A stretch of 62,403 bases of DNA, the filler included, from Platydemus manokwari (taxonomy: Eukaryota), in assembly GCA_037951405.1 (NCBI GenBank). It is 6 parts of 6 records of this genome, joined end to end, with 100 filler letters (N's around TTAATTAATTAA, not from the genome) between each part and the next. Parts side by side here need not be neighbours in the genome. Positions count along the whole stretch, not along the records: positions 11,007 to 23,161 come from JBBMOY010283337.1; positions 23,262 to 33,096 come from JBBMOY011198876.1; 4 more parts are not named here. The stretch is one strand, 5' to 3'. Shown in pieces: positions 14,434 to 24,879 of the stretch. Made by a program: the position numbers and the translations under genes. Positions within the stretch are counted from its first letter, which is position 1. Every line of letters starts with the position of its first letter. The notes beneath the pieces were generated by a model. The model saw only the letters and a program-made list of their open reading frames with translations, ran no database searches and was not told where the DNA came from.

Positions 14434-15162
14434 ATGTCTAATTTTGATATGCAAAATAACTTGATACCAAATGCATATAATGTTGTAAAAAGTAATCAAA
14501 GGGGCTTCCCAATGGATTTTTCAGTTTTGAATGAAAATTTAGCCCCAACAAATCCGGGTTATCAAATTTCCGAATTTAATAAATTTGATAATCGTTCTAG
14601 ATTAGGATATGAAGCTCCCAGCTTGTATATGCTCCCCCAAAGCCTCCGCCAAGGTGAAATGAATGGCTCGATGACTATTCCCAATCCAATTCCTTCAATT
14701 TCATCTCAATGTAGAGATGAACTTGTAGGTTACAATTTATATGAAATTAATAAAAATATAAATTCTAATGTAAATATCCCTTATCATAATAATGTTGGTA
14801 AATTTAATAATGAAATAATAAATAATCCCAATGATTATAATTATAATTATCATAATTCAAACCTAAATAAATCTCAGAATGTTAATTTCTTAAATCCTAT
14901 TAACTTGGTACATAACCCGAATTCAGGTTATTTATTTAATAACTTGAATTTAAATAACCCAAACTACCAGATTTCTAATTATCCTAACTTTAATCATAAC
15001 GTTAATAAAATTTTTAATTCAAATTTTAACCAACCTCAAAATCTTTCTAATATAAATTACCAAGTTAATCAGAGTTTACCAAACTACATCCCAATTAATT
15101 ATAGAAATAATATATCTAGTGCTAATAATGATGGATTTAGCTATCTTTCTAATGTTGAGTGA
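14434..15162 (+). CDS. Asn/Gln/Tyr/Pro-rich low-complexity ORF, 242 aa (first exon or disrupted gene)
   Basis: ATG in AAAATG context and a 729-nt open frame in AT-rich DNA. The TGA overlaps a GTGAGT donor-like site and the frame stays open ~51 codons beyond it. Confidence 0.55.
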   Translation: MSNFDMQNNLIPNAYNVVKSNQRGFPMDFSVLNENLAPTNPGYQISEFNKFDNRSRLGYEAPSLYMLPQSLRQGEMNGSMTIPNPIPSISSQCRDELVGYNLYEINKNINSNVNIPYHNNVGKFNNEIINNPNDYNYNYHNSNLNKSQNVNFLNPINLVHNPNSGYLFNNLNLNNPNYQISNYPNFNHNVNKIFNSNFNQPQNLSNINYQVNQSLPNYIPINYRNNISSANNDGFSYLSNVE

Positions 15163-17542
15163 GTAGTTACAAAATCTCTAAGTGATTCACAGAGAAAGCA
15201 CAATGAATTTTTAACGAAATACCACTTACTACTTAATGAGACCGGAATTGATTATCATACACGGACATATTCTCCAAACATTAAAGATATTAAAATCCCT
15301 ACTTATTTTAATTACTAAATGAAATGATGTAATCCAATCTAACTTTAAAATAAGCATGAAAGATATAGAGGATATTTTAATTTTTGGAGGTTCCATTTCA
15401 ATAAATTAGTGATGAACAACATACATCGTCTGAAGAGCAGACGTGAGTAACATTAGTAACAAATTAATGGGTATCAAAGATATGGAATAGCTGAACCACA
15501 TCGAATCAAACTCTGAAGAAATAATACCTTTCACAATATAATAACTGAACATTTTTAAATATTTTTGGCGTATACGCATTCTTTACCTCCAAATATTTTT
15601 TAATTAATACATATTCTCATGTCTCTAGATTCAAATCTCATTATATTATTGTAAATCTCAATTTTTGAATAAATGTAATTTGATAATTAATTTGTTTTTA
15701 TAGAAAATTATTTAACAGAGAAAAATAAAAATTTGGAAAATGATATCGGTGGGCTGAAGACTTGCTTTTAATTAATTTCATAAGTAAGGAAAATAATTAT
15801 TATTTAAAACAACATTAACCTAAAACTAGTTTTTAACAAAATTTAACTATTTGCTGTTTGTATGCTATTTAAAAAAGAGTAATCACACCTTGAACGAAAA
15901 TAGTAAATATATTATTAAAAGTAATAAAAAATGTTTAAGTAACAATGCAACACTTACTAATAATAAAATCAACTTAGACTGATGATTGAAAGAGTAAATA
16001 AAGCATTTCTGGAAATAAATAGTTTCAAAGTAAAATAAATAAATTCCATTAAATAAAATACATCAAATATTTAACAGCTTTAAATATTAATTTTTTAAAC
16101 ATTTAATTAAATAGTTTTAGTTAATGTATTGTCCTCCATCATACATATAATAATTTTGAAATAGTTTTATTTTAAACAAAACTGTCATTCTATTATATTT
16201 CATGATTTCCGAAATAGCCAAAACTTTTATGCTAAAATTCACTAATGATAATAATAAATATTTTAACTTCTATTATTTTCACGAAATGTAGTTATTGAGA
16301 AAAAAATATTTTTTTTTTAAAGTTACTTTCAAAAATCAAGTTAATCATAATATTTATTTGACAATTGACTTTACTTTCCTTAATGTTTTATTTACATCTT
16401 CAGCCATTCAATGCATAATATTTTATTGGATCTAGCAATTTTATATTAAACTGATCACTTTAAATGATTTTTTGTATTGAAAATCATTCTTCGGTGTTTT
16501 CTGAAGATTATTTTGTACCAACCTTTTTTCATGAAAGTTCTTTTAGTCTTCTGTATGTGACAGTCAATGTTACTTGGTAGGTGCCAAAATTGAGTTTTCT
16601 ATTACCTTTTCCTCGATGATATCCATAGATAGTAATTTGCATCTTACTTAAGAGCGTGAATTTATTATTCGTCTTCAAAAGATAGTGATTTGCTGTTAGT
16701 GTTTTATATTGAAAACAAATTTTATGTCGCAGGAAAAAATAATTTGAATATAATAATTAAATGATTTCATGATTAAATGATTTAATAATTAAATGATAAT
16801 CAAATAATTTTGATATGGAGAACTAGGTTAATGCTTATTAAAAACTAGGAACAGATATCATTCATATATTTACTTACGGATTGCTTCCTTCGATAGATCA
16901 AAATGTTCCAAGACGTTCCAAGAGTTCAGAAATTATCTTTGTTGGGATCTTACAACAACAATAACACACATTACATAAACATTTTTGTAAATACTCTTAC
17001 CAACATAATTCCACGCAATACAGTAGAACATTATACAATAATGTGTATAAAGCACAATCCCTAATACCTGACTATGAATGTGGAGGAAGATGATCAGACC
17101 AGACCATCTAAAAATTTGAGTGCGACATCGGCAATTCTGTGTGTTATTGAACAATTTTTGAAATCTGAATTATTGAAATAAGTTTTGCCAATATTATTAT
17201 TAATCTAAAATTCAATGATAAAGGGTCCTGAAATCAACAGTCAATACAAATCTTTCGGAATAACGAACTAATTTTATGAAATGAACAAATTAAATTGAAA
17301 TCATTTTGAAATAAATCATGGTCAATGCGATTGTGCGTAACCCGGATTTATCTTGAAACTAATCAACATCGATGTGTAAAACATTTCGAAATAATTACAA
17401 CAATGCAATTTGATATTTAAAAACTATATGCATTTTATTAAAATGATATATTAAAAGTAATATATTAATGTAATTGAATAATGTGTAGACTTTCGTTTCA
17501 ATTTCATTTCATAACATAATTACGAAACAAACGTCTTGGAAA

Positions 17543-19282
17543 TTATAATTCATCAATATCTTTGATATAATTTAATTTTTTTGCCATAATATTTAAAATT
17601 AATTCCGAAATATAAACACAAGCATCTTGTTTAAACAACTGATCATTTAAATCTGAATAAAAAGATAGCATTTTGATAGAATCCATTGAAAGCTTGTTTT
17701 CAGTAAATTCTTTATCGTATTGACGAATAACAATTGGCGATGTAAAATTTGTGCATCGTATAATATCGGGAAGGTAAAATGAATGCAAAAATCTCCCCAA
17801 TTCTTCGTATCCCATACTGATGAATCGGTTACGTATAAATTCATTCAAGTCTTTTTGATAAAGAACATATAAAGTCCAATTATTCTCTAAATCATTTAAT
17901 GACTTATCATTATTTATATCCAAAATAAGATCTAAAGAATCTTTCGGAAACATTTCGAAAGAAAATATTTCTAAGCCCGGTACAAAAACGGTCGTTAATA
18001 TCTCACTTATTATATAATAATCTGAGGTGAAACATATTAATCGCTCAGAATTTTCGAATTTTTCTTCGTGTTTGGAAATGTTATTTAATTTAATTTTGAT
18101 CTCGGAATTATTGACCTCGCTGTTATAATGGGATAATCCACCGATTTTAATAAGTCCATTTATTGTCACGTAAATTGTTTTAATGGATAAATTATTATGA
18201 ATAATATTTCGGTCATGAAGATAACAAATTCCCGATAAAATATGGAATGTTATTCTTCGAGATTGATCGAAATATGTGACATATTTGACTGAATTCTCAT
18301 GCATTTCATCTACGGTTTGTAAAACATTGGAATTTTGATAAAATTGTTGAACAAATACTACTCGTTGTTTCTCATCATATAAAGCATTTAACAAATCGTA
18401 CAATGAAAATACGTAAAATTCCCGACAAAGTAATTCATAATCATACAATGTTTGTCGAAAAATAATTGTTTCAAACAAAGGATTTCGAATATTGCGAATA
18501 GCAAAATCAGAAGAATATGATTGGGTGATTTCTAATTTATACGCAACGTGATTGGTGGAATCTTTAAAAATCATTTCGTGCTGTTTTAGTTTTATTAATT
18601 TGGAATATAAATATTTTATTATATTTTCATTCATTGGTATTTGATTGTTAATCAATCTCATTTGAAAATAGTCCGTCTCATATTTTTCCATTTTTAATAT
18701 TAAATTGTATAGGATTCTATCAATTTCTAAGGTGTTTGTCGACATTGTTTTCATATTTTTCGTAATGGTTTCACAAATATTCTTTATATCAGAATTAGAC
18801 TCATTACTATTTGCTTTTTCATCCTTATCAGTGTTGAGTTTGTTTTCATCTTTCAATGAATTACCACTCTTCATTTCCTTTAAGATATTAATAATTTCTT
18901 CTTGAGCTTCGAAAAGATTTTGTTTCGTATTTTCAACGACAGCTGATTCTGGTGAAAAGTCGGTAAATTCCTGTTCGAAATCATTCAGAAAATTTTGCAA
19001 ACTTAAACTATCTTCTATGCCATTTACAATATCAATTTCACCTAAAGATTGAAGATCATCTCCTGAAAGTTCTTCCAAATAGGAAATATCAGCGTATTCA
19101 TTAAAGTAATGGAGATTGTCATCAATCACATTAGGATCATCAAGATTCTCAGAAAATAGATTTATTGAAGTTACTTGAATATTTGTTAAATCAATATCAT
19201 TTAGTGGAGCTTCATTTGTGTTTTCTAAACTCAAATCTGATCTTTCACTTGATTTCACTAAAGAATTATCGTTATTTGCCAT
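17543..19282 (-). CDS. Intronless protein-kinase-fold protein, predicted pseudokinase, 579 aa
   Basis: Long ORF with acidic N-terminus and predicted coiled-coil segment, then kinase motifs HVAYK (VAIK), ITFHILSGICYLHDRNIIHNNLSIKTIYV (HRD->HNN), LIKIGGLSH (DFG->GGL) and SDYYII (subdomain IX). Confidence 0.85.
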   Translation of the reverse strand: MANNDNSLVKSSERSDLSLENTNEAPLNDIDLTNIQVTSINLFSENLDDPNVIDDNLHYFNEYADISYLEELSGDDLQSLGEIDIVNGIEDSLSLQNFLNDFEQEFTDFSPESAVVENTKQNLFEAQEEIINILKEMKSGNSLKDENKLNTDKDEKANSNESNSDIKNICETITKNMKTMSTNTLEIDRILYNLILKMEKYETDYFQMRLINNQIPMNENIIKYLYSKLIKLKQHEMIFKDSTNHVAYKLEITQSYSSDFAIRNIRNPLFETIIFRQTLYDYELLCREFYVFSLYDLLNALYDEKQRVVFVQQFYQNSNVLQTVDEMHENSVKYVTYFDQSRRITFHILSGICYLHDRNIIHNNLSIKTIYVTINGLIKIGGLSHYNSEVNNSEIKIKLNNISKHEEKFENSERLICFTSDYYIISEILTTVFVPGLEIFSFEMFPKDSLDLILDINNDKSLNDLENNWTLYVLYQKDLNEFIRNRFISMGYEELGRFLHSFYLPDIIRCTNFTSPIVIRQYDKEFTENKLSMDSIKMLSFYSDLNDQLFKQDACVYISELILNIMAKKLNYIKDIDEL

Positions 19283-20524
19283 TTTAGGTGCAAATTTATG
19301 TTTATAAAACTAACACATTGAATTTCCAGCAATAATTTATTTAATCTACTTTAGTAAAAATAAACAAATTAGCATTTAATAAAATTTTATATTATTTTTA
19401 AATTTATCAAAGTAATAATCATAAAATTTTGTAGCTTCAATATACCAATAAATGAGAGTTATTTATTTTTATTTTAGACCCAAGAGGTTTTCAAGAATAC
19501 TTTTATAAATAAAGACTTGTGTAATTAAGCTCTAAATATATAAATATCATGACCTGTTTGTACAATTTACTGATAACATTCTTAGTTTCAATATTAATGC
19601 AATGAAAGGAGACACAAAGCTTATTAAAGTTGACATTTTTCAAAAAACCTAATTGTAAAATGGTTCAACTACTTAATGTAAATTAATGTGTTTCATTAAA
19701 TATTCTAAAATACCTTTAGCAATTAAAAACATTATTTCACAGGGTGAAACTGCATCTAAATGAAAATGTGTTAATAATTATCACGCTAAAATTATACAAG
19801 TATTCGCAGAAAGACCACAATTTTTCATATGAAGATATTATAAAAAATAGGTAATTCCAAGATAAAATTATATTTGATCTATGGAAAGATAATTTAAAAA
19901 TCGGCCAAACTCAAGTGAGCTGCTGGCAGTTATTGAATTCCTTTCTAAATATATTTTTAATAAATCAATAGTTATTATACATAAAAAGAGTTGTACATGA
20001 CACGGTGGGAAAATCCTTGACGGTGACTTTAAAATTGATCATATGGATTCTAATTGAAGGTTTCAGGATATGAACACAAATAATTTCCATTTCTCTGATC
20101 TATTTTTATAAAAGCTGTGCGCTTTGGTCATTAAGTCTGACTTATTGTAACGATTAGGACCTAATTTGACATCTGAATTTTTAAATGATAATTTAATCTG
20201 TCAAATATAGATTGGGATTTTGTTTTTTTGATGTAAATCAGTCTAGTGAGTTTCCACTGCTGCATTGAAGCGCGATGTTAATCCAACAGGATTTTAAAAC
20301 TTGAATTGTTACAATTCAAAAGATTAAAATCAAATATCAAATTTCTCTATTGATTCAACAAATTATCATACCGTTTAACTATGCTGCTTATTAATGATAA
20401 AATTTGTCCTTTAAATAAAAAATTACAAAAAAGTACTGCAATCATTGGCTATTCACAATTTTATCAATTTACGCACGATTAGAAAACTTTTGATCAACTA
20501 GACTCTGATAATAAACCTCTCTTA

Positions 20525-20949
20525 TGTTGACATATATATTATAATATATATTATAATATTTATGGATTTAAAGTTATACTGAATTGATAATAATAAAAAA
20601 TATAACATATAATTTTTGGGTCATCTTAATTTTAAACGAACAATAAATAATCGCTCTAAAGGATCTTATACTATATTTTAAACTACATACTAAAATATTC
20701 GGACTCTTAGAAAGAAAGTTCTCACGATCACGGTGCGATAACTTAACCAACTTGTTATATAAAATTTATGTGAGTCAATATAGTGTGAATATATAAATTT
20801 GTTGATATTATAAATAAAATTTTATAATTTTTAGTGTTTAATTCTGTTTAAATTCCCATAACCATTTAATGAAAACAAATAATAAATTGAGGACTCGCGC
20901 TGTTGATTAGCAAGTATAAAACATTACATAAAACATACACAACTCAACA
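20525..20949 (+). repeat. Interspersed repeat, possible solo LTR (copy 1)
   Basis: Begins TGTTGA and ends TCAACA; shares ordered blocks with 61630-61897. Confidence 0.5.
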
Positions 20950-22044
20950 CCATTAATTTCTAAATTTCAATTTCAAACACATTATTAATTAATTTTTAAA
21001 TTTGGATTCCCCCCCCCATTATTATTATAATTTTCCTAAATGGATTTATGAATTATAATTTCTTTCAAAATAAAATATTTTCTTTCTTAATAATAAAAAT
21101 GATTCCATATTGCGGATTACAACTCTAAAATACTATTATTATTATTTGTTTATTTGTTATATTGTATATTATTTCTCCGAGTTTCTTTCCTTCATATTCA
21201 AATCATGACATATCTAAAGATCAAAAGGATTTTAACGTTGTTAATTAGCATATGAAGATTTTATACTCAAGTTTTATTTTGAATGTAACTTAATCTTAAA
21301 TAATAAAGATATATAGAGACACTTAGTAGTATCAAAGATGGTAAGTTTCAATTAGTTATGAAGTAACTGCCTCCTCTCGTGATTTGAAATCAAATTCTGA
21401 CTATTCCGGAATTTACTGTACGAATAAAATCGGAGTTGCTAGGAGAGAGTTTAGGTATGAATTGATAGTGAAGAGCAGATGGGTGTGTATCCTAATATTT
21501 TTGTGATTCACACGCGGTTGTTTAAGAATTTGATTTCCACAAAATTTAAATTTAAAGTTATTAAATATGAATTATTATAATATAATAATAATATTATAAT
21601 TAAAAAATAAAATTTTAAAGTGTTTGTCACTGGAATACAATCGATCTAAATTTGCAAAATTAAGAATACAGATGGTCTGTTATATCTTACATTTTGAAAG
21701 TTACCTATATTTATTTTTAAATTACCATATGCTGATATAAATTTTGATACTAACTATTACATGGAAAAAATATTCACAGTGTATTAAATAATATTGTCAA
21801 ATTCAAAAAGTTAAAACTATGTAAGTTAAAACAAAAAATTCAAATTTTAAAAATGTTAAACGAAAAACAAATTTTTTTATTTTAAATTAGAAATATATAA
21901 AATTAATTAAAATTATATAAAATTTTATTAAATTTTCTAATATTAATTAAATGTATTTTTAATGGTGAAAATTTGTTTAATAAAATCTATTTTTGATAAA
22001 TTTTAATAAAGTTTATTTTATTAAATAAAATTAATTATTTAGAA

Positions 22045-22770
22045 ATGGATTCAGTTTGTAAGGAAATATTAATCCAAACAACTAACTTTGAAAATATAGT
22101 CACTTTATTCGAGGTTTGCGGATTCACTGAAATTGAAGACTTGATTGGAATTAATGATGAAGTTGTCGATATGATGCAAGTTTATTTACATGACTTCCTT
22201 TCATTTCAAAAAGATCCAACCCCATACCTAGACAAATGATTTGTATTCACTCCTGAATTATTTCACATTCCAACTGGTTATCGATTCGATATATTCGAAG
22301 CCATAAGACTTATGCAACAAGAATATGAAAGACGAATTACTGATAATATTACACCAGTCCATTCTCAATCACAAACTTCTTCCCAAAATTCAATGAACAA
22401 CCAAGAAAATTCCAAAATAAAACAAGATGATTGTACTGAGAAATTGCCTGTGAAAGAAGGAAGTAAAAAATATATTATTAACCTTGAGAGAAAAACTGAG
22501 ATTCTTGAAACTTGGTCTATGAGTGTCATTGAAAGAGTATCGAAGAAATATGCAGATGCAAACATTCAGTACAAAAAAGATTTCGATTTAGATATAAACA
22601 CTATCGAAACTGGATCAAGACCAAAATGTAGCGGACTGTTCAAATGTTTTATCTGCAAAGATATAAAAGGACACCCAAAGGATATCAAATTCAGCTTGTC
22701 TAAAGAAAATTATCTAATACTCAGTAACGTTATGACTCATTTGAAACAACATTTTTCATCGACAAACTAA
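22045..22770 (+). pseudogene. SAM-like N-terminus plus C-terminal CxxC...HxxxH zinc-finger protein, interrupted by one in-frame TGA (22237-22239)
   Basis: ORFs 22045-22239 and 22312-22770 share a frame and the bridge is open (LDK*FVFTPELFHIPTGYRFDIFEAIRLMQQ). C-terminus FKCFICKD...LSNVMTHLKQHF. Confidence 0.65.
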
Positions 22771-23047
22771 TAATATAATATAATATAATTTAATTTGTTT
22801 ATATTTTAAAATAATTATTAAATAGAGGGTCATTAAATAATTTGTGTGTTTGGTTTTATTATTACTTGCTGACTGGTTCAATGAGAAGTTTCATTATCTG
22901 ATATGAAGGATACGATTAAGGGCACTAACGACTACAAAAAAAATATGTTTTGTTACTCAAAACCGTAAATCAATAAATTTAAAATTATAAACGAAAATCA
23001 AGTCGTTTGAACAATAAAATATATTAAGAAATGGTAAAATATAGGAT

Positions 23048-23161
23048 TAGGTTGTCCCATATGAAATGTCCGATTTTCATGCATATATTTGAAGAAGCAT
23101 AACTCATAAGAAAATATTTTTTATTAATTAAAATAAGCTCCAAGGCTATCAACACATTTCT
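23048..23161. mobile_element. Terminus of a mariner-like element cut by the spacer
   Basis: TAGGTTGTCCCATATGAAATGTCCGATTTT resembles a mariner TIR start; only one end is visible. Confidence 0.4.
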
Positions 23162-23261
23162 NNNNNNNNNNNNNNNNNNNNNNNNNNNNNNNNNNNNNNN
23201 NNNNNTTAATTAATTAANNNNNNNNNNNNNNNNNNNNNNNNNNNNNNNNNNNNNNNNNNNN
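23162..23261. other. Artificial spacer
   Basis: N44-TTAATTAATTAA-N44. Confidence 0.97.
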
Positions 23262-23899
23262 GATTATCAAACGCAAAAAATATTGATTTATATTTTATAA
23301 AAATGATTAATATTAACAAGGAAATTAATAATAAAGCATAGTACAAACCAGATAGAACTCATCAAATGAATAAAAAGTACGTCATACAAAAGTACGACCA
23401 CAATAAGTGACAGATGAAGACTAAAAAATAAAATAATTTTATTTTCTTGCCAGTAAAAATAAATCAATTTTATGAATTAGTCAAGAAACTAATCAACTAG
23501 AAACTTTAAACAGAAAGAAAACAAAACGACAAATAATTGAATAAAGTATCATTTTATACAAACATTTTAAATTATATTTCAAGAGACTGATAATATAATA
23601 AATCAAAATTTATATTTAGACAAGTTAAATATAAAATTGAATACAAACTCATAAATTAGGAAGCTCGATTATAAATATTATGGATCATCGAAACCCAGCA
23701 AAAAGACAAATACTTTGAAAGTTAATAATACTATGCGGAATTTATCATGTTATTAAAATTGAAATTATAATTTACATTAGAGATAAAAAACAGATTACAA
23801 ATATTTCATAACTTGAAATAAACTTCTAACTTATTTTTCAAATATAAATCCCGACAATTTAAGCTCCAAGTGTTTTTTGAAAATATTATTAAATGAGTA

Positions 23900-24400
23900 C
23901 CATAGCAATAATAATTTTTATTAAAAAAACCTGTAAAAAATTAAAATGAAGATTCATTACTAAATCTTTTTCCATAAAAAGAATGAAACTACAAAATAAT
24001 TATGAAATTTTATAAATCAAATACTTCAAAGACAACAATAGTATCAATATCGAGATTGTAAATGTCTATGGAAAAGGAATATTTAGGATAAGCTAAAAAT
24101 ATAAATGATATTAATAAATATTAATTACCATAAATTGATTACGACAATTCTACCGGATAAAGTGCTGGATTTATATGAAAACAACAATAAAATTGCAATT
24201 ACATAAATATTACTTGTTATGTAAACAAATTTCAATATTTAAATTTGCAATACCTAAAATTTCTTTAATTTCATTATTGCACCTTGTTAGAAAAAAACCG
24301 ATCTCAAAGGAATAAGAAAATCATTTGTAAAGAAAATTAAGACTATGGTAAAACACAAGATTAATTCCAACCTTAATAATAGGGGACTAAGATAAAATTA
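23900..24400 (+). mobile_element. Decayed LINE endonuclease (APE)-like remnant
   Basis: A-rich plus strand; INIEIVNVYG (~24045-24075) resembles the LINE APE IxIxNVYAP motif; otherwise full of stops. Confidence 0.25.
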
Positions 24401-24879
24401 TTTCGATAATAAGAAATTGCATAAATAGCAAATAATTACACACATTTAGATTATTAAATTTTTCAAGATTAAAAAATAAATTACATAACATTATTATATT
24501 TGACTATACTTACTATTTACATTATTTGAGTTTTAAATATGAATGATTAATAAAACAAAATCTAAAACATATTCGAAAAGAATTTTTTTATTTCTTCAAA
24601 TCTTTGTAAATTAACAGAATGAACACATTTAAATTGTTAATAAGATCTAAAACATAAAATTTTGAATGAAATTTTCAGTCTCATGAAGAATTAAAGGTAT
24701 TTTATTTATTTAAAGATTTAATTAATACGTAACTCTGAATCTTGTTTCTAAACTCAAATTTCATCTTTGCAAAATTACAAATAAATAAATAAATAATAAA
24801 TTTTCTTGTAAAATTTACATTAAAAAATTAATTAAACATTAGCTTTTATTATAGTTCACAATACAAATTACAGTTTCTT

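Noticed and set aside
15427-15443. Hairpin CGTCTG-AAGAG-CAGACG containing CTGAAGA
   Set aside because: A 6-bp stem is expected by chance; no downstream GAAA.
17647-18905. Short ORFs overlapping the kinase, and most other 60-100 aa track ORFs
   Set aside because: Shadow frames, TTG/GTG starts, intron run-ons or TE debris with AT-biased composition.
19900-20330. Possible P-element/THAP9 remnant on the minus strand
   Set aside because: Only vague short peptide resemblance.
22237-22239. Selenocysteine or a non-standard genetic code
   Set aside because: No SECIS seen and no redox motif; the LicD gene ends in TGA and the kinase and RING genes end in TAA, consistent with the standard code.
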